DNA of 64,000 nt from Pseudomonadota bacterium (GTDB lineage: Bacteria; Pseudomonadota; Gammaproteobacteria; Burkholderiales; Burkholderiaceae_E). Location of the stretch: assembly GCA_029779435.1 (NCBI GenBank), contig JAKPAM010000162.1, forward strand, positions 5,527-69,526, read 5' to 3'. The notes under the pieces were generated by a model. It saw only the letters and a list, made by a program, of their open reading frames with translations, had not been told where the DNA came from and made no database searches. A program made the translations under genes and the position numbers. Of the stretch, positions 29,301 to 37,393 are shown piece by piece (positions within the stretch are counted from its first letter, which is position 1; each line of letters opens with the position of its first letter).

Positions 29301-29874
29301 CGCGCGTGCCCGGCACGCGCTTGAGGTCGGCCTCGATGCTGTGCGCGACGCGCTCCAGGTCGAACGCGCCGGTCGACGGCTGCTCGCTGAACAAGGTCAG
29401 CGTGACGATCGGCACGTCGTCGATGCCCTTGGGCTTGACGATCGGATCGAGGACGCCGAGTCCCCTGGGAAGCCAGTCCGCGTTCGAGCTGACCGTGTCG
29501 TGGAGCCGGACCAGCGCTTCGGTCCGCGTCACGCCGACCTTGAACTGGACGGTCAGTATCGCCAGGCCGGGACGGGAGACCGACATCACGTGCTCGACGT
29601 CGAGGATCTGGCTCAGCACCTGCTCGGCCGGCACGGCCACCATCTGCTCGACGTCGCGCACGGCGGCACCCGGAAACGGGATCAGCACGTTGGCCATCGT
29701 GACGTTGATCTGCGGCTCTTCCTCGCGCGGCGTCACGCCGACGGCGAACAGCCCGAGCAGCAGGGCGAGCAGCGCCAGCAGCGGCGTGATCCGCGCCTGC
29801 TGGAAGAACGCGGCGATGCGGCCCGAGACCCCCAGGGAAGGAGCGCCAGCGCCGGCGCGCGGGGGTCGGCTCAT
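26380..29874 (-). CDS. RND efflux transporter permease (AcrB/CzcA superfamily), 1164 aa
   Basis: Track ORF 26380..30285, with the start at aa 138 (MSRPPRAG). That ATG overlaps the MFP stop codon (ATGA). It has 12-TM RND architecture with two large periplasmic loops and two low-complexity inserts. Confidence 0.9.
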   Translation of the reverse strand: MSRPPRAGAGAPSLGVSGRIAAFFQQARITPLLALLALLLGLFAVGVTPREEEPQINVTMANVLIPFPGAAVRDVEQMVAVPAEQVLSQILDVEHVMSVSRPGLAILTVQFKVGVTRTEALVRLHDTVSSNADWLPRGLGVLDPIVKPKGIDDVPIVTLTLFSEQPSTGAFDLERVAHSIEADLKRVPGTREVATIGGPGRAVMVRIDPVRMNGVGLTVPDLRQALQSANLGLPVGELIAGNRSVAIESGPFLRDAREVADLVVGVRGGRPVFLRDVADVDDGPPPPARYVWHGIVAKRGAGADRSGASPSDDTARSPADPPTDSPIDSAIDYPAVTITVTKKAGENAIDVADAVLARVDALRDTVIPADVRVAETRNYGASANDKARTLIKKLLFATASVVALVFFALGRREAAIVGSAVVLTLTVTLFASWAWGFTLNRVSLFALIFSIGILVDDAIVVVENIHRHQHLHPGRSLAAIIPGAVDEVGGPTILATLTVIAALLPMAFVSGLMGPYMSPIPINASMGMLLSLAIAFVVTPWLARLWMKAVPVPPPSPPEAVGATGATGAAGAAGAAGAPRDSDASGASHGHGLSARFAPWFERMFRPLLDARRGSRNRALLGLGIGLLIAASVALPAAGLVLLKMLPFDNKSEFQVVVDMPAGTPVEQTAAVLRELGAYLVTVPEVTDYQAYAGTSAPINFNGLVRQYYLRAGGNVGDLQVNLVDKHARHDQSHAIATRVRPELQKIGARFGANVKVVEVPPGPPVLSPIVAEVYGPDAAGRQQVAKAVRAVFERTANVVDVDDSSIAAAPKTMLVVDRQKAAMLGVPQQAIVTTLRAGLAGEAATYLHDETKYPAAAMLQLPPEQHGDLDALLQLTVRGAGGRLVPIRELVTRSDQVSEQPIHHKDLLPVNYVVADMAGALDSPLYGMFRMRGELAGIATPGGGTLGETFISQPDDAYRGYALKWDGEWQITYETFRDMGLAYGVGLVLIYLLVVAQFGSYLTPLIIMAPIPLTIIGVMPGHALLGAQYTATSMIGMIALAGIIVRNSILLVDFINLQVRDGVDFEQAIVRSAITRAQPIALTGLAAMLGAFFILDDPIFNGLAISLIFGIFVSTVLTLVVIPILYYVAYRHRLDAITGAEAFETPEAPALPSSVPSPQGENS
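28142..28195 (-). repeat. In-frame 9-bp tandem repeat (plus strand GCTCCCGCT x3, GCTCCCGTT x2, GCTCCCACC x1) encoding GATGATGAAGAAGAAGA in the RND pump
   Basis: Read directly from 28141..28200. It corresponds to ...EAVGATGATGAAGAAGAAGAPRD... in the track translation. Confidence 0.9.
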
Positions 29875-30980
29875 CGCGGGCCTCGCTGCGCGCGCGCGGC
29901 CGATTGCGGGTCGACGACGACGTTCTCGCCCGGCATCAGCCCGGACAGCACCTCGATGCGGCCATCTCGGGTCCGCCCGAGGCGGACCTGGCGCAGCACC
30001 GGCCTGCCTTGCGGATCGAGCGCGTACAACGCGGTCAGCTCGGCGCGGCGCACGATCGCCTCCACGGGCACCATCACGCTCGGCGCGCCAGCACCAGCAC
30101 CAGCACCCGCGCCCGCGACGGCACCGGCCTGCGCCTCCCCTTCGGACGACTGCGCCACCCACAGCCGCGCGAACATGCCGGGCGACACCGCACCAACATC
30201 GGGCGGCAGCCCGGCACGCAGTTGCACGGTGTGCGTCGCCGCATCGACGGTCGGCAGGACGACGACGGACGTCGGTGTCACCCACGCGCTGGCCGCCGGC
30301 CGGCCGGCCAGTTCGATGCGCGGCGCCGGATCGGCGGGCATCCGCATCGCCACCGACTGCGGCACGGCGGCGGTCACGCGCAGCGCCGTGGGGTCGTAGA
30401 GCGTCAGCAGCGGACGGCCCGGCATGGCCATGTCGCCGAGCGACACCGGTACCTCGGCGACGACGCCGGTGAACGGCGCGCGCACGACGTGGTAGCCGCT
30501 CTGCGTGCGCGAGGCGCCCGCCTGCGCGAGCAGTGCGTTCGCCTGCGCCCGAGCCGCCTGGTAGGCGGATTCGGCGCGTTCCAGCGATGCCTGGCTGATG
30601 TACTGCTTCTGGAACAGGCGCCGCTGGCGCTCGACATCCTTCGTCGCCAGTTCCAGCGAGGCACGCGCCGCCTGGGTCTGGGCATCGCTGGCGGCGGCGT
30701 TCTGCTCGGCCGCCCGCGCATCGATGCGCAGCAGTTGCTGGCCCGCCTTCACCCGATCCCCGACCTTCACGTCCAGTTGCACGATCGCGCCGGGGACCTG
30801 GGCCGCAACCACGGTCTGGCGAACCGCCTCGACGACGCCATCGAAGGCCGACGCCGACGAGACGGCCGCCGCCGTCGCGGTCACGGTCCTAAGCGGCGCG
30901 GGCGGCGTCTGCGCCGCTGCGTGCATGCTTGTCGTCGAGACGGCCAGCGCGAACGAAAGCGTGGAGCGGAGGTGGCGCAT
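29871..30980 (-). CDS. RND efflux periplasmic adaptor (membrane fusion protein)
   Basis: 369-aa ORF with a signal peptide. It has the lipoyl/hairpin segment VKVGDRVKAGQQLLRIDARAAEQNAA, and the C-terminal beta-domain ends ...GENVVVDP. Confidence 0.85.
   Translation of the reverse strand: MRHLRSTLSFALAVSTTSMHAAAQTPPAPLRTVTATAAAVSSASAFDGVVEAVRQTVVAAQVPGAIVQLDVKVGDRVKAGQQLLRIDARAAEQNAAASDAQTQAARASLELATKDVERQRRLFQKQYISQASLERAESAYQAARAQANALLAQAGASRTQSGYHVVRAPFTGVVAEVPVSLGDMAMPGRPLLTLYDPTALRVTAAVPQSVAMRMPADPAPRIELAGRPAASAWVTPTSVVVLPTVDAATHTVQLRAGLPPDVGAVSPGMFARLWVAQSSEGEAQAGAVAGAGAGAGAGAPSVMVPVEAIVRRAELTALYALDPQGRPVLRQVRLGRTRDGRIEVLSGLMPGENVVVDPQSAARAQRGPR
30087..30117 (-). repeat. In-frame imperfect 6-bp repeat encoding (Gly-Ala)5 inside the adaptor gene
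   Basis: The plus strand reads GCCAGCACCAGCACCAGCACCCGCGCCCGCGAC, which corresponds to VAGAGAGAGAGAPS in the protein. Confidence 0.8.
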
Positions 30981-31030
30981 CGAAGGATCTCTCCAGGCAG
31001 GCCCGCACCGGCAGGCGGCGCGAGCGCGAT

Positions 31031-31085
31031 TGTTGATTTATTATTTGCGCATGTAGTTAAATAGTCAAGTGCATAAATAATCACC
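31031..31085. promoter_or_regulatory. AT-rich divergent promoter/operator region between the RND operon and the arsR-family gene
   Basis: The only AT-rich stretch in the 136-bp gap reads TTGATTTATTATTTGCGCATGTAGTTAAATAGTCAAGTGCATAAATAATCACC. It has an imperfect dyad (TGATTTATTAT ... ATAAATAATCA, 9/11 complementary) and the central palindrome TGCGCA. Confidence 0.45.
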
Positions 31086-31116
31086 AACCAGACGGCACGC
31101 CGCCATCCGAGGCATC

Positions 31117-31509
31117 ATGTCACCCCATCACCTCTTGGCATGCTCATCGATGGAAGATCTTCCCGACGAAGCGTTGGAACAGGTGGCGGCGTATTTCCAG
31201 GCGCTGTCGGAACCGACGCGGCTGCGCATCCTCAATCTGCTGCGCAGGCAGGAGCGCAGCGTGGGCGAACTCGCCCAGCTATGCGGCTACAGTTCGGCGA
31301 ACATCTCGCGGCATCTGGCGCTGCTGACGCAGCGCGGCCTCGTGGCGCGCGAAACCCGGGGCAACAGCGCGATCTACAGCATCGCCGACGCGTCGATCTA
31401 CGCGCTGTGCGACCTCGTCTGCGACAACATCGCGCGGACGCTGGACCGCAAGGCCGAGTCGCGGGCCGCGTTCGGACGGCCGCCGCCGAAAGGGCCGAAG
31501 AAACCATGA
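31117..31509 (+). CDS. ArsR/SmtB-family transcriptional regulator
   Basis: 130-aa ORF (alternative start M12 at 31150). The wHTH is LSEPTRLRILNLLRRQERSVGELAQLCGYSSANISRHLALLTQRGLV. It has no alpha-3 CxC metal site. A CxxxC pair (ALCDLVCD) sits in the last helix. Confidence 0.85.
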   Translation: MSPHHLLACSSMEDLPDEALEQVAAYFQALSEPTRLRILNLLRRQERSVGELAQLCGYSSANISRHLALLTQRGLVARETRGNSAIYSIADASIYALCDLVCDNIARTLDRKAESRAAFGRPPPKGPKKP

Positions 31510-31650
31510 GGCCGGCGCACGCCAGGATCGGCCCCACGTCGGCGGGCGCAGAGCGCGCCGGCCAGGCACGGCCGAAGTCGCGCACCCGAGGTACGCAATG
31601 AACTCACCATGGCGCCAGAACGCTTCGTGCGTCCCGGCCCGGCTCCCCGC

Positions 31651-32904
31651 TCAGCCGGCGGCGATCACCTTGTCCGCTTCGAGCTGCCGGATCTGCGCGT
31701 CCTGATAGCCGAGCAACCGTGTCAGCACCTCGTGCGTGTGCTCGCCGATCCGGTACGGCGCGGCGCCCGCCGGGTGCGTCGCGGCCCCGTCGATCTGGAA
31801 CGGCGTCGCCGTCACCTTGACCGGCCCCCGCTTCGGATGCGGGATCGTCGGGAACGCCTGCCGTACGGCCAGATGCGGATGCGCGACGACCTCCTCGGCC
31901 ATCAACACCGGCGCGGCCGGAATGCGCGCGGCGCGCAGCGCGTCGACCGCGGCATCGACGGTCGGGAAGCGGGCCAGCCGCTCGGCCAGCAGTACCGACA
32001 GGGCGTCCCAGTTGCCGCGGCGCGCGGCGGTCGTGCAAAAGCGCGGATCGTCGATCAGGTCCGGCCGTTCGAGCCATGCGACGATCCGCGGCCACACCTG
32101 GGCGGCGCTGCCGACCTGCATCGCGACATGGCGATCACCGATCGGGTGAACGACCATGCCGACGCGCGGACGCCGTTCGATCGATCCGCCGTTGAGCAGC
32201 ACCGGATACGTGACGTCGTCGGCCGCCACCAGGCATTCGAGCATCGACACGTCCAGCCGCGCGCCCTTGCCGCTACGTGAACGGCGCAGCAGCGCCGCGC
32301 AGATCGCGCCGAACGCGTGGGCGCCGGCCAGCACGTCGGCCGCTTGCAGGTTCGACGCGCGGGGCTCCAGCACGCCGCCGCGGTCCAGGTCCATCATCCC
32401 GGAGATCGCGTTGATCAGGTGCGCGTACGCCTGCATCGCGCTCAAAGGCCCGGTCTGGCCGAATCCGGAGATCGAGCAGTAGATGAGTTCGGGCTTCATC
32501 GCGCACAGCGTGTCCGCGTCGAGCCGGTACTTGGCCATCACGCCGGGCGAGAAGTTCTCGATGACGACGTCGGCCTTGCGGACCAGGTCGAGCACGAGCG
32601 GACGCGAGGCCGGGTTCGCGAGATCGATCGCGATGCTCTGCTTGCCGGCGTTCATCCGGGCAAAGTACGCGCCCGCATCGACCCGCTGGTCGTCCAGTTG
32701 CAGCCCGATGTACCGCACCTCGTCGCCCTCGCCCGGACGCTCGACCTTGATGACGGTGGCCCCGAGATCGGCCAGCATCCGCGTGCAGTACGGCCCGGCC
32801 AGCACGCGCGTGAAATCGAGGATGACGAATCCGTCGAGCAGCTTGTCCTGGGCGTCGGCGGACGGTTGATGCGCGGCGGCGGGCGGCCGGGATGTCTCTG
32901 TCAT
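31651..32904 (-). CDS. Family-III (CaiB/BaiF) CoA-transferase
   Basis: Track ORF 31651..32997, with the start at M32 (MTETSRPP). The family start motif is GFVILDFTRVLAGPYCTRMLADLGATVIKVE. Confidence 0.85.
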   Translation of the reverse strand: MTETSRPPAAAHQPSADAQDKLLDGFVILDFTRVLAGPYCTRMLADLGATVIKVERPGEGDEVRYIGLQLDDQRVDAGAYFARMNAGKQSIAIDLANPASRPLVLDLVRKADVVIENFSPGVMAKYRLDADTLCAMKPELIYCSISGFGQTGPLSAMQAYAHLINAISGMMDLDRGGVLEPRASNLQAADVLAGAHAFGAICAALLRRSRSGKGARLDVSMLECLVAADDVTYPVLLNGGSIERRPRVGMVVHPIGDRHVAMQVGSAAQVWPRIVAWLERPDLIDDPRFCTTAARRGNWDALSVLLAERLARFPTVDAAVDALRAARIPAAPVLMAEEVVAHPHLAVRQAFPTIPHPKRGPVKVTATPFQIDGAATHPAGAAPYRIGEHTHEVLTRLLGYQDAQIRQLEADKVIAAG

Positions 32905-33042
32905 AAGGATCGTCGACCGCGCGACCTGTCCGCGCGAGCCTGCGTGAACGAAAGCAGCGACACTAGCACAAGGCCGACGCGACCCGCCCGGGCGCATCGG
33001 ATGGAACTTGCCCGTGGATCGGGGCCTGTCACATGACAGGCT

Positions 33043-34137
33043 TTAGAACGCCTGGCCGGCCCCCGGGCCCCGTCCGACCGAGATCTCGACCCGGGTCGCG
33101 TCGTCGCCATCCCCGGCCATCGCGTTGCGCGCCGGCGGCGGGATCTCGTAGCCGATGCCGGCGCTGTCGAGCGCCGCGGTCCAGGATTCGAAAGCGGCCT
33201 CGGATTCGGTCTGGCCGATCATGATCGGCAGGCCCCGCTGCGGCGGGGCATCGCTCCAACGGCCATCCTGCAGGTCCGGCAGCACGTGCTCGACGAACTC
33301 CGGGGACGCATGGACCTTGATCGTCAACGTGGATAGCGCAGTCATCGATATCTCCTGGGCGGCCTGGTGATCGGGCACCGGGGCGCCATCGACGAACAAC
33401 AGCAGCGACCCGGGTTCGATCGTCGTCCACTCCTCGTTGTCGGTCAACGGCAACGTGGCGATCACGGCGACCCGGTCATCCGGTGTCGTCACCTGACTGA
33501 AGTCGACCGTGACGTCCTGGTCTTTCAGGTGCGCGACGGTGAACGGTGCCTGGCGGACCACGTAGGACAGGCGCGTCGCGCAGTGCACGAACAGGCCGTC
33601 GCCGTTGGACAGCAGGAAATTGAACTCGCCGTGCGTGGCGATCTGCGCGGTGATCTCGGCCAGCCAGCCGCGCAATTGCGCGAGCGGCGGCCGGGCGCTG
33701 GGCGAACGGCCGCGAAGCTGCTGCAGCATCCAGCAGAACGCGCGCTCCGAGTCGGTCTGCCCGACCGGCTGGAACGTGCCGTCCAGCGGCGGATCGAATT
33801 CGGCGAGGTTGCCGTTGTGCGCGAAGATCCAGTACTGCCCCCACAGTTCGCGCATGAACGGGTGCGTGTTGAGCAGCGATACGCTGCCCTGCGTGGCCTT
33901 GCGGATGTGCGCGATGACGTTCATCGAGCGGATCGGATAGCGGCGGACCAGATCGGCGATCGGCGAATCGATCGTCGCCTTCTCGTCGACGAACATCCGG
34001 CAGCCGCCGCGCTCGAAGAACGCGATCCCCCAGCCGTCCTTATGATGATCGGTCTGGCCCCCGCGCATGTGGAACCCCTCGAACGAGAAGCAGATGTCGG
34101 TCGGGGTGTTGCAGTTCATGCCCAGCAACTGGCACAT
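33043..34137 (-). CDS. Class-II (Ntn) glutamine amidotransferase, YafJ-like, with a roughly 100-aa C-terminal extension
   Basis: Track ORF 33043..34251, with the start at M39 so that Cys2 is the nucleophile (MCQLLGMNC...). The GATase-2 body covers about 260 aa. An in-frame tail starting ...EISMTALSTLTIKVH follows. Confidence 0.75.
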   Translation of the reverse strand: MCQLLGMNCNTPTDICFSFEGFHMRGGQTDHHKDGWGIAFFERGGCRMFVDEKATIDSPIADLVRRYPIRSMNVIAHIRKATQGSVSLLNTHPFMRELWGQYWIFAHNGNLAEFDPPLDGTFQPVGQTDSERAFCWMLQQLRGRSPSARPPLAQLRGWLAEITAQIATHGEFNFLLSNGDGLFVHCATRLSYVVRQAPFTVAHLKDQDVTVDFSQVTTPDDRVAVIATLPLTDNEEWTTIEPGSLLLFVDGAPVPDHQAAQEISMTALSTLTIKVHASPEFVEHVLPDLQDGRWSDAPPQRGLPIMIGQTESEAAFESWTAALDSAGIGYEIPPPARNAMAGDGDDATRVEISVGRGPGAGQAF

Positions 34138-34298
34138 GGGGAAGCCTCGGCGCGCGAAATGCGCACGATACCATCGACACGGCGACGATCCCCGGCCACC
34201 GCCACGGTTGCGGAATCGATCGAGGCTGGCTTGGATGTCGGCCGCCGCCAACGCCGCGCCTGCGGTCCGCCGGGCTCGGCGATGCCTCGGGCGATGCT

Positions 34299-35099
34299 TC
34301 AGGCCGCGACCGCCTCGCCGTCCGCGCGCCGTCCGGCCAGCGCTTCATAAACGGCACCCAGCATCAGCAGCGCCGGGCCGTCGCCGAGCGCTCGCGTCAT
34401 CGCCGGCAGGTCGCCGAGGCGGCCGGCCTGGATTCGCTCGCCGGGCAGCGATGCGTTCTCGACGACGATCGCCGGCAGGCCCGGCGGCAGGCCCGCGGCC
34501 AGCAACCCTTCGCGGATCGGCTCGGCCGAACGGCCGGCCATGTACAGCACGATCGTGTCGGCGGCCGCGGCCGGGCGCGCCCAGTCGTGCCGGCTCTCGC
34601 CTTCGCCGAAGCGCGGCGTCAGCAGGATCACGCTGCGGCTGAGGCCGCGTTGCGTCAGCGACTGCAGCGCGTCGGCGCTGGCGCCGAACACCGCGCTGAT
34701 GCCGGGGACGACCTCGACTTCGATGCCGGCGTCGCGCAGCGCGTCGATCTCCTCCTGCGCGCGGCCGAACAGCATCGGATCGCCGCCCTTCAGGCGCACG
34801 ACGCGCGCGTGCCGGTGCGCGGCGTCGACGAGCCGCTTGTTGATGAAGCGCTGCGTCGTCGACGGACGGCCGCCGCGCTTGCCGACCGGTACATGGATCG
34901 CCTGCGGCGCCAACGCCAGCACGTCCGGATGCACGAGCGCGTCGTGCAGCACGATGTCGGCCTGGGCCAGCAGGCGTGCGGCGCGCAGCGTCAACAGGTC
35001 GGCGGCGCCGGGCCCCGCCCCCACCAGCCAGACCTTGCCGGGCGTCGATGATGCCGCTGCCGGCATCGTGCGCGAGGCTGACTCGTTCACCGTTCTCAC
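34299..35099 (-). CDS. cobA: Uroporphyrinogen-III C-methyltransferase (siroheme branch)
   Basis: 266-aa ORF with a GTG start overlapping the cysN stop codon (GTGA). Motifs VGAGPGAADLLTLRA and GGDPMLFGRA are present. Confidence 0.9.
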   Translation of the reverse strand: MRTVNESASRTMPAAASSTPGKVWLVGAGPGAADLLTLRAARLLAQADIVLHDALVHPDVLALAPQAIHVPVGKRGGRPSTTQRFINKRLVDAAHRHARVVRLKGGDPMLFGRAQEEIDALRDAGIEVEVVPGISAVFGASADALQSLTQRGLSRSVILLTPRFGEGESRHDWARPAAAADTIVLYMAGRSAEPIREGLLAAGLPPGLPAIVVENASLPGERIQAGRLGDLPAMTRALGDGPALLMLGAVYEALAGRRADGEAVAA

Positions 35100-36385
35100 A
35101 CCACCGTCCCGGCCGCTACGGTCCGGTTGCTCGCCTCGTCGATGACGATGAACGAACCCGTCAGCCGGTTGTCGCGATAAGGTTCGAACGGCAGCGGCTT
35201 TTGCGCATTGAGCCGCACGCGGCCGATGTCGTTCATCGCCAGCGTGCCCGGATCGCCGACCTTCGCCAGCGACTCGACGTCGACGCGATGCGCGGGCGGC
35301 GCGAAACTGGCCAGCACGCTCTGCGTCGCATGCTTGATGCGGTAAGGACGGTCGGGTTCGAGCGGTTCGGCATCGAACCAGCAGATCTCGGCCTCGACGG
35401 TCCGCTGCGGCTTGGGCCGCTGGCCGGGCGCGACGAACCAGTCGCCGCGCGATACGTCGATGTCCTGATCGAGCGCGATCGTCACCGCCTCGTCGGCGAA
35501 CGCGACGTCGACCGGCCGATCGGCGACCAGCAACTCGGCGACACGCGCGCTCAGTCCGGACGGCAGCGCGGCGACGGCGTCGCCGACCGCGATCCGGCCC
35601 GAGGCGATCGTGCCCTGGTAGCCGCGGAACTCGCGGTCCGCATATGCCGAGCCGGGCTGCGCCTGGCCCAGCGGCACGCGCACGACGCGCTGCACGGCGA
35701 AGCGGAACGGCCGCTGCTCGTCGTCGTCCTGATGCGCGGGCACCGTCTCGAGGTATTCGAGCAGCGTCGGGCCCCGGTACCAGCCGAGCGCCTCGCCGCG
35801 CTCGACGACCATGTCGCCGTTGAGCGCCGACATCGGGATCGACTGGACCTGCGTGAAATCCAGCCCGGCGACGAACGCGCGGAACTCGGCGTCGATCGCG
35901 TCGAAGCGCTGCTGCGAGTAGTCGACCAGGTCGATCTTGTTGACGGCCAGCACGATCCGGCGGATGCCGACCCAGCTCGACAGGTACGCGTGCCGACGCG
36001 TCTGCGATTGCAGCCCCTTGCGCGCATCGACGAGCAGCACCGCCACGTCGGCCGTACTGGCCGCGGTGACCATGTTGCGCGTGTACTGCGCATGGCCCGG
36101 CGAGTCGGCGATGATGAACTTGCGTGCCGCCGTCGCGAAGTAGCGGTAAGCGACGTCGATCGTGATGCCCTGCTCGCGTTCTGCGATCAGGCCGTCGGTC
36201 AGCAGCGACAGGTCGACCTGGCTGAGTCCCCGCTTGCGCGACGCCGCCTCGATCGCCGACAGGTGGTCGCCGAGCAGGCTCTTGCTGTCGATCAGCAGCC
36301 GGCCGATCAACGTGCTCTTGCCGTCGTCGACGCTGCCGGCGGTGGCGAACCGCAGCAGGCCGCGATCCTGGATGTCGTGGCTCAT
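35096..36385 (-). CDS. cysN: Sulfate adenylyltransferase subunit 1 (GTPase), short form without an APS-kinase domain
   Basis: This is the internal part of track ORF 35096..36904. The start is MSHDIQDRG at 36385, which shares one base with the cysD stop codon. GTPase motifs are GSVDDGKST, DSPGH and NKID. The protein is 429 aa. Confidence 0.9.
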   Translation of the reverse strand: MSHDIQDRGLLRFATAGSVDDGKSTLIGRLLIDSKSLLGDHLSAIEAASRKRGLSQVDLSLLTDGLIAEREQGITIDVAYRYFATAARKFIIADSPGHAQYTRNMVTAASTADVAVLLVDARKGLQSQTRRHAYLSSWVGIRRIVLAVNKIDLVDYSQQRFDAIDAEFRAFVAGLDFTQVQSIPMSALNGDMVVERGEALGWYRGPTLLEYLETVPAHQDDDEQRPFRFAVQRVVRVPLGQAQPGSAYADREFRGYQGTIASGRIAVGDAVAALPSGLSARVAELLVADRPVDVAFADEAVTIALDQDIDVSRGDWFVAPGQRPKPQRTVEAEICWFDAEPLEPDRPYRIKHATQSVLASFAPPAHRVDVESLAKVGDPGTLAMNDIGRVRLNAQKPLPFEPYRDNRLTGSFIVIDEASNRTVAAGTVV

Positions 36386-37359
36386 CAGAAATACCCCTGG
36401 CGTTTGCGCAATTCCATCGCGGCTTCGTTCGTCTGGTCGTCGAGCCGCGTGGCGCCGCGTTCGGACACCTGCGTCTGCTCGGTCTCGCGGACGATATCGT
36501 CGAGCGTCGCCGCGGTCGACTCGACGGGCGCCGTGCACGTGATGTCGCCGACGGTACGGAAACGCACGACGCGCGACTCGACGACGTCGCCGTCGCGCGC
36601 CGGCGTCAGCGCCGTGACCGGCACCAGCGCACCGCCGCGGCGCACGACCTCGCGCTCGTGGGCGAAGTAGATCGACGGCAGTTCGATCGATTCGCGGCGG
36701 ATGTATTGCCAGACGTCCAGCTCGGTCCAGTTCGAGATCGGAAACACGCGAATGTTCTCGCCCTTGAACACGCGGCCGTTGTACAGCGACCAGAGCTCCG
36801 GCCGCTGGTTCTTCGGATCCCATTGGCCGAACTCGTCGCGGAACGAGAACACCCGCTCCTTGGCGCGCGCCTTTTCCTCGTCGCGACGCGCGCCGCCGAT
36901 GCACGCGTCGAACCCGAACTCCCGGATCGCATCGAGCAGCGTCACCGACTGATGCGCGTTGCGCGACTCATCGTCGTGACGCAGCCGCACGCGGCCGGTG
37001 CGGATCGATTCGCCGACCGAGCGCACGACCAGGTTCAGCCCGCGCGCCTCGGCGATCCGATCGCGGAACGCGATGACCTCCGGGTAGTTGTGCTCGGTAT
37101 CGACATGCAGCAGCGTGAACGGGACACGTGCCGGATGGAACGCCTTCTCGGCCAGCCGCAGCACGACGGCCGAATCCTTGCCGCCCGAGAACAGCAGCGC
37201 GACGTTATCGCACTCGGCCGCGATCTCGCGCAGGATGAAGATCGATTCGGCCTCGAGCGCGTCGAGGTGAGAACGGTCGGCGCGGCGCGGCGCCGACGGG
37301 CCGCCGGCCTGGCCAGCCATGTCGGCCACCGCACGGGTTTCACTGATGTCCAGTTTCAT
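36385..37359 (-). CDS. cysD: Sulfate adenylyltransferase subunit 2
   Basis: 324-aa ORF (alternative start M14 at 37320). It has the PP-loop LFSGGKDSAV and the CysD-type N-terminus LDALEAESIFILREIAAE. Confidence 0.9.
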   Translation of the reverse strand: MKLDISETRAVADMAGQAGGPSAPRRADRSHLDALEAESIFILREIAAECDNVALLFSGGKDSAVVLRLAEKAFHPARVPFTLLHVDTEHNYPEVIAFRDRIAEARGLNLVVRSVGESIRTGRVRLRHDDESRNAHQSVTLLDAIREFGFDACIGGARRDEEKARAKERVFSFRDEFGQWDPKNQRPELWSLYNGRVFKGENIRVFPISNWTELDVWQYIRRESIELPSIYFAHEREVVRRGGALVPVTALTPARDGDVVESRVVRFRTVGDITCTAPVESTAATLDDIVRETEQTQVSERGATRLDDQTNEAAMELRKRQGYF

Positions 37360-37393
37360 CGGAGCGATTCTCTTGGTTGACGATTCGACGCCG

